The notes beneath the pieces are model-generated. The model saw only the letters and a list, made by a program, of their open reading frames with translations. It was not told the DNA's origin and did not search any database. Both the position numbers and the translations under genes were made by a program. Positions 12,533 to 25,700 of a stretch of DNA of 64,000 bases are shown one piece after another. Numbering within the stretch: position 1 is the first letter of the stretch; each line of letters opens with the position of its first letter. The DNA comes from Amoebophrya sp. A120 (lineage: Eukaryota > Protista > Dinoflagellata): NCBI GenBank assembly GCA_905178155.1, contig CAJINV010000015.1, positions 1,175,495 to 1,239,494 on the forward strand, given 5' to 3'.

Positions 12533-15178
12533 GGCCTGGCACTACGCACAAAAACCAAGCGCTACTGCGGCCTTGCACCGCGAGACCTATTAGTAGCAAG
12601 TTTGGTTCAACAGGATATTAGTGAGATATGGATATTATCTGAGTTTTCTGTGATCATCAAGTTCAAAATCGATGTTTTTTATGGCAGAATTTCCCACATA
12701 AGGTGACGACCAATACATGCAAATATCATGCCTGTCACGATATCACGAAGTGTACACGACCGAAATGAAGACAGACACTTAGACTTAGCCGCTGGCGGAT
12801 ACGATAGTACATTATTTAGATTGGTCCATTTCGAATCGACTATTGTTTCTCACGTATGATCACCTTCACGACACCACGAATTCTACAACCACGATGACGG
12901 CCCGAGCTTCAATCGTCCCGGTTTAGATTTCATACACGACAACATGGGTGAGCTGATACAACTGATCTAGATCTACTTTCGACTGTTTCCTTGTAAGTGC
13001 TTTCCAACATGATCATTCAGGCCCCGATCCGATCTTTGATGAGCGACGACGTGCTAGAAAAGCAAGTTGAAGTAGTTGTAGTTCTACCAAAAAGCACAAA
13101 GTTGCATCTCCACGCCCAGAGTGCCACTTTCGTCCTTGGAAGGAGTTGTGCTCGCACTTAGACGTACCACGAAAAGACGATGGACCTTTGCTTCAACTAT
13201 ATGACTGTCTTCTGTTTGGTGCTCCTGCTCCGCGGAGGTTGATGTAGTTCGTCACATCGACCCATTATATTTCTCGAGAGTCTTACCTTGTTTGCTCTGG
13301 TGTCTACTGGTCATGTAGTACAAAGGGCAGAACACAAATTCAAGACGCAGCAAAATCAATTTCAAACGCTAATCCCTACCGCGTGGTGCTGTTTTTGTTT
13401 TTCTTTTTCTTTGGCAAGCCTCCTAATCGCCATCACTGTCCTTGAGTAATTTGCCACGCAGTTTTCGCGAATTGGTCGCAACATTTTGCCGCATCATTTC
13501 ACTTGGGGGTCATGTACTCGCGAACTGTTAACAAACGGGCTCGAGTGGTGTCTAATCTACTCGCGCCTACCGTAAATTCTGTAAGCGCACGACATGACCC
13601 TGCGAGACAGTTGCGTGACAACTTCAAAGAGCTAAATATTTGCAAACGCGCTTTAAACTCTGCAGAAAACGACACTTGGCAGAACTGCGCGACAAATTTT
13701 TTGCGCGATCGATTTCATAAGTACGAAAGACCGACATTCTGTTCTTCCTTCTGCCACGAGCCGACTTGTTAGGGTTGCATTCTCGCCTACGATTTGTTAA
13801 AGAGTTTAGTTCCGATTTTGTTGCAGGTTCTTTGACATTGACATTAAGGCGTTGCGGAGGACAGGACAGGAGTTAGGTGGTGATTGGCGTTGCCTCTTAC
13901 TCCAACCCTCGATAGACAGGAGCGGGCTTACATCTGTTCGCAACCTGGCACACGACTAGGAAGGAGCAGTGTGGTCGTTGCGTGCGAGGGCGTCTATCTG
14001 CCCCGCGACGCAGACTCGCAACGGAAGTCACGCACTCGCAACTCCAGCAGCGGCCGCAAATACAATGGTAGAGCGTGTTTGTTTGTTCAAAATCATAATC
14101 AATTTGTTCTTTCTTCTTTTTTTGTTGCATTACAGATTTGCGTTTTTGATGTGAACACTCCACCACAAGCGTCGCCGACCGATCGAGATTTACATTTTTT
14201 GAAGCACAGTCGCCCTAGGTGCGATGTGATCCGAAAAATCCTCGATGGCGTGCTCCCCTCTATCCCTTGAAGTTTTTGTATGTAAACCTCCACCACATGA
14301 TTGAAAATCAAACACGTAGTACTTTTTCTATCTCTTTTTAGGTCTAGTGTTGGCTTGCACGTGCTTAGTATTTTAGTTCTTTTCTTTTTCGTAAAGGTCT
14401 TTTTTGCAATTTCTAGCCGCCCGCAGGTCAGTCACCAGATGCAGATTTCTAAACAATGTAAAATCAAAATAAAAGTCTTTGTAGATGAGATTTAAAAATA
14501 GAACTTGAAGTAAGGTAGTGCGACCCAGCACACGAACAAACGAATCGGGAAAAATACTGACATTCTTCGCAGGAAAATGTGACTGACTCATATTTATACC
14601 TTCCTCGCAGGACAATTTTTTACATCGTCTACTCGCCCGGACGTGCTCTGAATAAATCTTGCCACTACTTCTGTGTCTCTTTCCCGATTATTTGCGGCCT
14701 TCAACTTATTTAAAGTAATTGTGGCTCAATGAAGTTTTGGAAATCACATAGACATGCAGTGGAAAAATCTTGTTCAAAAACAGCTGGTGCGTATAGAATT
14801 GTGATTTGAGTTTGAGAGTCACTTCACCAAAAGTGGACAAGAACTTTGTCCGAAAAAAAGTATCCTCGTGCACGAAGTTGTACACCCGCGCTCCTTCCCT
14901 TCAACAAACGTCAACAAATCTAGACCTAATTAGTTGGTTCGCGTCCAACAGATCGACATGAACGACAAAGCTATCGGAACCTGTACCAGGCAGCCTTGCT
15001 GATGTTCATGTTCAAGTTGAAGCGTGCTGATGTTGATGTCCTTGTTGATATAGAAGTCCCCGGTCACCGGCCATATATTCTCGCTCACTCGGCGGCCTTA
15101 ATAACCGGGGAGGTCGACCTCCCCATGCTGTTGCTTATTAATCTTCAGTGTAGTAGATCACTTTTCGACGAGGCCACT

Positions 15179-17638
15179 TTAATTCGTCAGCTGTAGCCCA
15201 GCACCCGGCGCCTCCTCTTGCCATATAGCGAGGATGCGCAAGAGCTTAAAAACGTCGTACGGTTGCGCAGGAGCCCAGCGCGCGAAGGGCACCAATTTGT
15301 GAAGTTGTAATCCGCGCGCATGAGCCGCTGGGCCGTCGTCCGGCTGCATGGTGCTCCCCTTCGCCATCACGTGCGAAGCGAAAATGTTCGGCACAACTGC
15401 TGCCTGATGTGGAAGCACTAAATCGTTCGCCACAGGATAATATTCCCGCTCCACAAAGAATTTCCGGTACAAGGTCCACGCGAAAGGCGGCGCGTTTGCA
15501 TACCAATTTTGCCAGGAAAAGTTGTGAAATCGTTCCTGTTCCGCGGCCGGCATATAGTCGGGCTGGAGTGTGATTCCCGCCTGACGCAATTTCTCCCATT
15601 GGGCCAGTGTCGTGGTGATGTTTTCCGGGCCGAAAAGATTCAGCGTGTACACGGCATGTGTGTCAGGTTGCGTAATTATATCATAAGGTTCCTGCAGACC
15701 GCGGATGGCCGCGAGTCTTCGAAGTAAATGATCCGCGTGCCCTTGGCCGACGAGAAAGACCACCGGCTTCTTATAAACATTTCTACGAGTTGTAGAAGTT
15801 CTTATACATTGCAAAAATGTCTGGATCTGGAAATTTGTGATGCTAAAATGTGCATGATGAAAACACTTCCTTATGTAGCAGAGCATGACAAGTTTGTAGG
15901 ACGCTTTCTCATCCGCCCTGCGCATGACAAATTGCGTTTTTGTATGACAAGAGAGGCTACGACTTTTGTTAGTCATGCAATACAGATTTTACAGGAATGT
16001 AAGGCCCGCATTACAAGTTCCAACTTTCCAGACCCAAACATATTTGCAATGCATAGTTCTATCTCCTGTACTATTATCCACTTTCCCCAGCCGCTTCGCA
16101 GCACGGTACAACCAGTACAAATTGCGAATCTTCACCAACAACTCCCCCTCCTCCATTTCCTGTTTCGCACCGGCGTCCCCTTGCGATCGGAGGTTCCTCA
16201 GCTCTTGCAGGAGCTGCATGCTGTAATTTTCCTCCTCATGATCTGGTGCACGACCTTCCGTAATCGACGGCGAACAAGAACTTGGTGCGTCGGTGATAAC
16301 CTCGGAGGCCTCGGAGTCTGAGAATGTTGAAGAAGAATCTGAGGCCCAGGAAGTGGTCTCAGCACGACTCGTGTTTTCGGAAGTAGCGGAACGCCTAGAT
16401 GACCAAGTTGACTCTGAAGAGGATCCGCCTTTATTTCTGAAGCCACGTGAAGATTTTTGCCCCTGCCGCAACTTCTGCCTAGAGCAGGATTTAGAAGCTG
16501 CTTCGGGTTCTGTCAACACCGCACGGCCGCCGCTTTGTTTATTTTTGCGGGACGACGAGGACCGCAGGGACATTAACGCCAGCTGCTCGACCGGTACCAG
16601 TTGTGCGGTATCTGGGCGGATTTGGTCTTCGAATTCCTTGTCAGTTATCATACTGAAGATGCCGCCTGGTTTCAGTGTTTCCCCGCCCCGGAAGATGCTC
16701 AGTTCCCGCTGCTCCTCCGGCCACAAAAACTGGTTCTCCCCTCCAGATGTATTGAACACGCGTTCCAGCTTTCCCAGCATTTCTTCATACAAAACCCGGC
16801 ACATTGCCGCGTTTGCGAGGCGCAGCTGCTCTGTTGTGAAGCCGTCAAAAACGCCCCGTGTCAGGAACTGCTGAAATAGTCCGTCGTTTGCGGCCGTTTC
16901 CAAATCTTCCTGCTCTTTGTCGCGAAACCGCATCTCATAGATCTCTTCTGCCGCCATTCGCAGCTGTGTGCCGGGATATCGCCTGCTCACAGCCTCTGCG
17001 TAATTGAGTAGTGGATTTGTACGCGGATAGCCCCTTCTTCGAGTACTCGCGGAAGATGTTCTTGAGGCTCCGAACTGCCCCTTGCGTTCTTTCTCCTCGT
17101 CTCGATTCAGCGCCAACTCCGCGGCGATTAAGAGCTTACGGCGTTTCTTGCAGCTCAAATAGGCCAAGCCGCGAAACAGCCGCGCCTGCATCTCGAGTTG
17201 CGGCCGGCGGGCGTTAGTGAGGAGCCGAAGGGAGGCACTTTCCAGGCTCTTGCGGGTTGCGTGCGGGCCGTTGGATTCGCCAGGCCGCTTTTCCGGATAC
17301 AAAGGGTCCAACTCTTCGAATAGTTCAAACAGACCGGTACTAGAAGTTGTACTTCCGGAATAAACAGCCGCGCCATCGTGATTCGCGAGGGAGCGGAGCA
17401 GTTCGGTCACACGCTCGGTCAGCGGCAGCCGGTGGGTCACGGTGACAATCACAATCGGCCGGTTTCGAAGCGGCTCGAAAATTTTGGAACTAGAGTGCTC
17501 TTCATCAACCACGGAAGATGCGTCCTGTACAACCACGGGGCTTGTTCCTATTTTCTCGGAACTATGGACGATCGATCCTGCTGCGGCCTCCTGTGCAGCC
17601 CCGGAGAACAGCATCAACCAGGCGAGCGTCAACAGCAT
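15179..17638 (-). CDS. Gene 2: secreted hypothetical protein (~733 aa) with N-terminal signal peptide; 1 introner
   Basis: MLLTLAWLMLFSGAAQEAAAG start. Removing 15803-16055 plus TSD joins ...STGDRT|STTRRNV in frame; stop at 15179. Confidence 0.85.
15803..16055. mobile_element. Introner, family A
   Basis: TSD gttct; frame restored. Confidence 0.92.
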
Positions 17639-17810
17639 TTTTGATGTTCGAAAAAGTTAATAAAATCTTAGGTCAAAGCGAAGCACTTCTCCTGTAAAAC
17701 TTGAAGAGTGTCGTCGTCTCAAAAGTAAAGCGGCTGGAAGGCTTTGAAATGCATACACTAATAAACCGGATGTTGGAGCAAATCGCGATACTATAAGCAA
17801 GTACGAGTGA

Positions 17811-18014
17811 AGTGTCTATTTTTCTTTTTGGTACTACAACTACAAAACAATAACTGCAAAGCAAACAAATAAGCTAGAAGCGCTAAAAGTGTCTATTTTT
17901 GGTACTACAACTACAAAACAATAACTGCAAAGCAAACAAATAAGCTAGAAGCGCTAAGTCTAAGACGACAAATACGCTTCAAATTGTCTAAGACGACAAA
18001 TACGCTTCAAATTG
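17811..18014. repeat. Two adjacent tandem duplications (~70 bp x2 and 28 bp x2)
   Basis: AGTGTCTATT...AGAAGCGCTAA occurs twice, then GTCTAAGACGACAAATACGCTTCAAATT twice. Confidence 0.85.
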
Positions 18015-19746
18015 TTTGCACTATACTTGTATCTCAAGTAAGTCCTGCGAAATTAGGAACACGAACATAGTAAAGTAGACGCACTTTCTTACATTTTCTG
18101 ATACTCTGGCGAGGCAAGCCCATGCCCATGGCAAAGATCATCCCGCCCATAGCAGGCGAGATCGGGACTTTTTACGACCGAACTTCATTCAAGGATCCGG
18201 CGCTATTTTGTTTCGCCCGTTGCGAACAGAGCGCACGCCTTCTTGGAGAAAGATTTTTTTTTGCGATCTATTTACTGTACGTCCTCGGGTGGAGCTAGGC
18301 ATTCTTGGGTCGATTTGTTCCTGATTGCTTTTAGCTCTGGGGCGTTTAATATCGAGGCTCAATGGGCCTTGCGACCGATCTATTGGTTCATCCAAGGTGG
18401 ATCCGGCACTGTTCTGGCCTGTTGGGAATAGGACGCACCACTTGGAGAAAGTGAAAGATTTTTGCGATCTATGTTGTAATAAGTGTCGAGGAAAAGATCT
18501 TTGAGATTACCTGAACATCACAACGAATGATCGTTGAACAATCGGTAGGACAAAAATCCTCCTACTTTCCAATGATTTCTGTTGTCAGCGCGGTCTCCTT
18601 TGTGCCGGCGCGTCTTCTAGCTTTCGGCTTTGCCAACTTGTTCGTCCCCGTTGTGTACTATATTGAAAACTAAAATCCCAAAGGGAAGTTTGAAAATAAG
18701 CACTGTAGCATAGCGAACTGAGCATAAATGTGTAAGCACATCCTGTGAAGGGTTTTTTGAAAATGAAGAAGGAAGCGACAACATTTGAATTATCTTGCTC
18801 TTCGATTTGAATTCTGTTGTTCTTCGTTAAATCCAAGAGAAAATGAATCATACACATGGGTCGTTATCTGGGGTGTAGTTTACCGCAGCAGGTTCAGGTA
18901 CTTACATCTTTTATGCTGCGGGTAAATAAATCTAAATCGTATACTTCTTCTAAAAACGGAGAACTGTTTCCACCTCATTTTCAACAAGAATTTTACTAGC
19001 TAATTCTCCATCCTCGGGGGTTTTCTAAACTCATTTTTCAGTGCATTTTTCAATGTGCTGTTCCCAAATCGTCCACTTCTGAGAGGTCGTGTTTGTCGTG
19101 TTTATTCTACTACAATTCGTTCAGTAGTGCAATTCGGTACAGCGAAAAGCAAAAACACTAAAATTCGTTAAGTAACGTTCTTCTTCAGGAAAATGTTCTT
19201 CGATAACAGGGTCGTCTTCGTGCACAAGTTCAAGTTCAAGTAGCACACCCCCTACAAGCCTGCCAAATCCTCGACACAGCTGTCTAGCCACGCTCCTTTA
19301 ATCCTGCACGTCGGGAGTCCAGAAATCTCAAAATCTATTCGAGAACTTCGCTTCGACAGGCAGGGGCCGTTGTGTGGTCTCATTACATAGTCGAAAACTC
19401 GACCTGTTTGAGGACAGCTGCATAGATAAATGGCCATGGTTGCAAAATTTCATCTAGAGGAAATGAGGCTAAGTAACTGCGACTCTGTTTATTTACCCGC
19501 CTTTCCCTTCGCCTTCCCATGGGCAGCTGCCATCTAACTTGTTTGTTAGTCTTAATACGCTTCATGTTTTTTCTAATCAGTATAACCTGAAATAACTTCT
19601 GCCTCAACTAGTGCAGTACTACTCCAAAACTTATCGCAATTATGCACTCGTCGTAATATTGGGGAAAATCACAATCATCTTACACATACACTAGAAAATA
19701 AAGGCTTCTATCTTACATCTTCATTTTCAACCAAAATAAATCAGCC

Positions 19747-22700
19747 TTACACGACCTCATTCAGCCATCTTTTGTCCCCGCTGAACCAATTCCGAAAGGC
19801 GACTCGCTTACTGCGCACGCAGCAACCACTTTCGAAGTTCAGCCAGCGTCGGCATTCTTCTCCCAAGGCGTTAACTGGAACGGTGGCGTCCGGGCCGATC
19901 GCTGTTTCCGCGGCGTGCAGCTCGTGAGCGCATTTTGCTTCGAGAGTTGAAGTTTCAATCCTAAAGCCCGGATGACTGGCCTTCCAGGGGGCATCTTTCG
20001 CTTGTGAGAAGCCTTTTTCCCAGACCAGCATGTCGAGGCAAACGGAATCGTCTGGGTTGTGCTTATGTTGAAAAAAGGAAAAGTAACTCGTAGAGGACGA
20101 ATCCTCGGCGTTTGCTTTCTCAAGTTTCAACTTAGTGAAGGCAGCGCTGCAGGAGATGAACTTCTGCAGCTTTCTTGGTGGCGTTGTCTCTTGATGCTGT
20201 CCTTGTAGCTGTCCAGGCGGAGTAGAACCTGCTGGTGCACCAACAGCGGTAAGCAGTAGCTTTGGCGCCACGACTTCGCCAGTTTGATGTTCATCCGTGG
20301 TCTTCACCGGAGTACTTGTTTTCAGCGACAGGTCCAATTTGACCTCGAGATACTCGACCTTACGGCGGTCACCGGATGTTGAGTCGTCGTGTTCATGATC
20401 TCCTGACACGTAGCGGTTGATGTGATTTTCGTCCTCCTCCTCTTCAGGGTAAAAATCTTCATCCTCAGCAACATGATCGACACCATCCTCAGGCAGCTCC
20501 TGCTCAGGGACGAGGGTACTACTATTAGATGTAGCTTGAGAGGACGAAAAAATCGAGGCGTTAGTCGCGGTTCTACTTCTAAACGAAGCCGTCCTGGCCC
20601 GACTCCCCCGCCGACTCGCCACGCCGAGATCTTGCTCCAGCCCCGCTCCGCCATTCACGTTGTACATCTTCGTCTGCGGGAGCCCGAGCCGTTGCCGCAT
20701 AGAATCTAAAACGGCAATGTAGGCCGCTTTCTGGTCTTTCGTCCAGGTGAGGCCCATTACCGGGCCGAAACCCCCGTATTTGGCCTTTACTCCCTCCCAG
20801 TTGAACCGGCACTTTGTGATTTGGTTGGATTTATCGGTTAATCCCAACATCTTTTTCGTCTTTCCGGTGAAATTGATCCCAATTTTTTCCGCCTTGCAGA
20901 CTTGAAAGGTCTCCACTTTTGTCTTGATCACGGAGATGGCTTTCTTGCGGGAACGCAAGAACTTCTTGGCGGCTGAAAAAAGATTGCTCTTCTGGCTGTG
21001 CGCTGCACCAGCGCCGGTACTATGATCTGCATCTTCTACTTCATAGTCGCTGTCTGAATCCTCTTCATCCGCAGTACTATCCGCATAGGCTTTTTGCTTC
21101 TGGAAAATCTTTTCTGCTTCTTTTTGGATTTTATCCTCTCCCCATTTCGGATGCTTCAACTTGAGTTGTTCTCCCAAATGCTTCACCATCATTTCTTCAT
21201 CCGCTGACCGCATGTCCCGATCCAACGCCCGCAATTGCTTTCCCTGCCAAGAATCCGGGTCGAAAAACCCAGAATCAGTGCGCAAATCTTCCCAGTCTTG
21301 GTTAGATAGTCCGAGTGCGGCTTGAATCGTGAACGGATTTGTATTCGGATCTGAAGCGTCTTGCATCGAAGAAGTTGATGTAGCCGCCTTATTCTCCTCA
21401 AACACTGGGACTTTGACCCGTTCTGCCCATACCTTCGGCACAACGACCTCAATCCCGTTACACGCGTCCTCGTCGTCCTGGCCACCGATTCGCGCCAAAT
21501 TTCCGCACGTCGCGTCCTCTGGCGACTGGATTTGCGCGATCGCCGACATTTGCCGCACCGCTCCGGGGAGCAAATTTGTCATCAGATACGCGGCAATGGT
21601 TATTCCGGTAAACAACCCAATTCCTTGTCCCAGCCCGCTCTTCCACAATTTCCCAAACGCATCGCCGACTGTGACGCCCATGGTGTGCAGCACCTTGCTG
21701 CTGGCCGCGACCACCATCATGCGCACCGCGGCGCCAAACGCCGGGGACCGGGCGATTTGCTGAAATAAAGAAATAAAGCCCGTGGTAATGGAATCGGAGA
21801 CAATAGTTCTCTGCGGCGACATGCCGAAGATCGTTGCGATTAAGTTCTGGATCACGGTGTTCCGCATCAGAATGGCGGAGGCGTAGTTCACCGCTTTCAA
21901 GGTTAGGTTCAGGATCTGCCGCTGGATCCAATCCCCAACGTGGGACCGGTCGTAGAGGTATTGGAAGCCAACATAGGCCGCGGACCCCACCATAGAGGCC
22001 ATCGTGCCCGAAACCAGCCCGGCGGTGGAAGTCCCGGATATCGCTAAAGCACCGAACGCCGCGGGGAAGGCAGTCGCGACCGCGACGGAGAATAGGACCA
22101 CGGATAGGACCGGGAAAATCGCGCGGAGTAATTTCCGCCATTTCGGCATTCCGACGCCGGAATACCGTAGGTCGTTGAGCAACGCGATGCATTGTGGGAT
22201 GATCTGTTTTATGAACTGCAAAAGTGTCTGGGTCTGGAAGGATAGAACTTGTAATGCTAGCTTTCCATCCCTAGAAAATCTGTATTGCATTATAACCACC
22301 AAAAGTCGCAGCCTCTTTTGTACATGCAAAAACGCAGCTTCTGATGCGGATTTCCTATGAGAAAGCGTTCTGGAAAGCTGTCGTGCTGGATTGCATTTGG
22401 AACTGTTTCCATCATCCACATTTTAGCATCACAAGTTCCAGACCCAGACATATTTGCATTTGATATGTTTTCTCGTGTGGAGCAAAGCGAACGGATTCTT
22501 CACGACGGACGTGATTTCTATCAAACAAAAAAAGTTTGTCACGATCACTAATGCGCATTTTTGCAATACAAAACTTTCTGTCATGCGTAAAAATGCATCA
22601 CAGCTACATTTCATAAGGGATTTCCCTAGTGTTTCTGCAATACAAGGACAAGCTGTGATGCTGAGAAAATTTGTAATGCAAAGCCTGCAAGTTAGTGACT

Positions 22701-25700
22701 GTGACAAACATTTTTCTCTCCATAATTTCTTCCTTACTATTACCATTCATCGTGAGCTATCAAATGTAAAAATGTCTGGGTCTGGAAGATTCTGAGATTT
22801 GTCGTGCAGTTTTTCCAAGCTCCGTCAAGTGTGGCACGCAGAACCTAGCATCACAGGATCTGCGGCCCCTTGGTTATGCCTGTTCTGCATGAGAAATTCC
22901 CTCTCAGCCTGACCAGAAGTGGGGACCTTTTGCAAGTCGCGCAATATGGATTTTTGTGTGATCCGCAACATGCATCACAAGTTCAACCTTTCCAGACCCA
23001 GACATTTTTGCACTTGATATGAACTTTTTCACCACGACCGCCAAATTCGGATTCACCGCCTTCGCCGCGCCGCACCCGAAGATTTTGCGCTGGCAACACG
23101 GGGTGTTCGCTTCGTCTAGTGGGAACGGGCTGGTGGGAAATTGCAGCCGGTCATTCTTGGGGATGCGGTTTTCTGGAAAACCAGTATAATAGCGTTGCCG
23201 GATTTCCTTCTGCAGAGCCTTCTCTTCGAGTTCAGAGACGTCAGCTTCCGCTTTGGATAACGTGTCCAGCATCGGGAGAAAGCCATAGCTCGTGTGTTGA
23301 TCTTCATGTGCTATCATCTTGTTCTTGGGAGGAGGTGATGAATCCACGACCTGCAGCAAATCCTCCAAAGCCCTCACCTCCCCCTTCACATGCGGTGCAT
23401 CTTTGTGAAACAAACTTGAAAAACCATGATGTTCCTCCAGTTCGTCACTCAGCTGCTTCCCAACCGCTTTTGCGTACTCCACAGCAGCGGCTTCTAATTC
23501 CTCCACACTCATATCCCGTGTAAAAACGTCCCCACCCCAGAGTTGTCATGCAGATTTGCCATGCTAGAAACATTTGTGATGCGCAACCCCATGACAGGCA
23601 TTTTCAATCGTGTTCGGGAACTTGTAATGCTGTAAACAGGATCAGCAGATCGATTTGTGATGCGGCTTTCCTTGCTAACTTGCACTACCTTGCGGACTGC
23701 AACTTGTCATGCATGACTCCCAAAACTCCGAGGTTTGTGTTGCAAAGTCCCCATCTTGACTCTGGGGTGGGGACGCTTTTGCTTAGGATAACTTAGATGC
23801 AAAATTTTCGTCTGCGTGTCGTACTTGTGGTTTTTCGTCGTTTTGTACAGCTATCAACTGCAAAAGTGTCTGGGTCTGGAAGATTGCCAGGTTTGTCATG
23901 CAGAGTTTCCATGATCCCTGTCGTCTGGAATGCAGGACCTAGCATGGCAGATTCTGCGAGATCCGTATCGTGCCTATCCTGCATGAGAAACTTCCTCTCA
24001 ACTTCGTAAAAAGTGGACAGCTTTTGGGATTCATGCAACACAGATTTTAATTTTTGCACGATCCAGACTTAGCATTACAAGTTGCAACCTTCCAGACCCA
24101 GACATTTTTGCAATGCATAACAGCCGGAACTGGTCGATTTCCATCCTCGGGTTCGGGGGTTTGATACAGGTATGCTTCCGGGAACTAATTCGGTTGGTAT
24201 CCGGCCACTCAAAGTCGTCGCACCCGCCCCAACGGTGCCGACAGCAATACCCTTGGGTGCCGCAAAAGGAAGAAGGAGGCGGTGGTGGTGTAGTAGGAGT
24301 TGCAACTACAGCTTCTGAGGACGACGATGATGAACTCGATGTGGACGTCGTACCAGCTTGTTGCTGGCTATTCTTGCGCTTCTTCCAGAAGAAAGAGAAA
24401 CAACCAGCCAGACGCGAGGTAGATTGCGGTTGTTCAGGCTCTTCTGCAGGTGGAACAGCACGACCAGCGGTACTACCATTTGTAGTTCCGTCTTGCGCCA
24501 CACCAGCAGCTTCCTCGGATGCAGTCGACTCTTTTTTCTCCCCCTGCTCCCCTTCCTGCGCGTGGTCAACATGATCTTCTTTTTTCTCCGCTACAACTTC
24601 TTGTTCCTTGAAACACTTACCGCCCTGCCACCCGTTGGGCTTGTCTTTCCGGCACGGCTCATAGCAGTCCTCGCCGAGGTTTTGTACCAGACCACTTTTT
24701 TCCAGCTCATTGTCGTAGTGCGGCAGCGTTTCCGCGAGGAGTTTCCGGGACATTTCAAAATCCAGCTGGATCGCTCGGTTTCGAATGTCTGTTTTTCTTA
24801 GGGCGTTGATGCCAGTGAAGGGAAGAGTCGGAAGATTGGAATGCTCGATGTGGTACTTCATAGCCGGATTTAACGGGCGCTGCTTCGTGGTTGGAATTTT
24901 TATGCTTGTACTCTCTGGAACAGCAACATGATCATCATCATCTTCTTCGCCTGTGCTGACAACATGATCCCCGTCCTCATCTCCGTCCTCAGAAGCCCGG
25001 AAGATTTTTCTCTCGTCGGTAGTTTTCACTTCACCAACCGCTTGCTCCTTCTCCTTCAAAATGAAGGGATTTTCCTCCTTTCTCACCGTGCCCAATACTC
25101 CGCAGCTCATCTCCATCGGCCGCGCGCTGCACTGCATGTCCAGGTGTTTGAAGTAACTCTCCGCCAGTTCCTGCTCTAGCGCGTCGTTCCGCGGGCCTAG
25201 GGGTTTCTGATCAACGGGCAGAATCCCGCCGTACGTGGAGAAAGAACTCGTTGCATCTTCAAGACCTTCCTCCTCTTCCCCTTTGTGTCCGGCGAACACG
25301 ACCTTGCTGTCGCGGCTTTCCTTCAACAGATCTTCATACATTTCTGTTATTTTCTTTTCGATTTCTGCAACACTTAAATCTCTTCTCCCTGCGTACTCAA
25401 AAGCCGCCATCCGGAGGGTTTCTTGGATGAGCTTGTCGTGAATTTCTGCTTTGTTATCCGCGATTTCGGGCTTCAAATTCGCCTTCTCGATTTCCTCCTC
25501 CACGTGTTTCTGCAGTTGCTGCTTCGAATCCGTCGCTTTCTCGTGCAACTCGTCCCGGTTTTCCTCCAGTTGCTGCAGCGCTTTTTCTTTGTGTTCCGCC
25601 AACTTTTGCTTCAACTTCGCCTTGAGCCGCGCCTTCATGTACGCTTTTCTCCATTTCTTCTGCTGTTTCAGCTTGTCGGAAGGTTTGGTTTTTCGAGACG

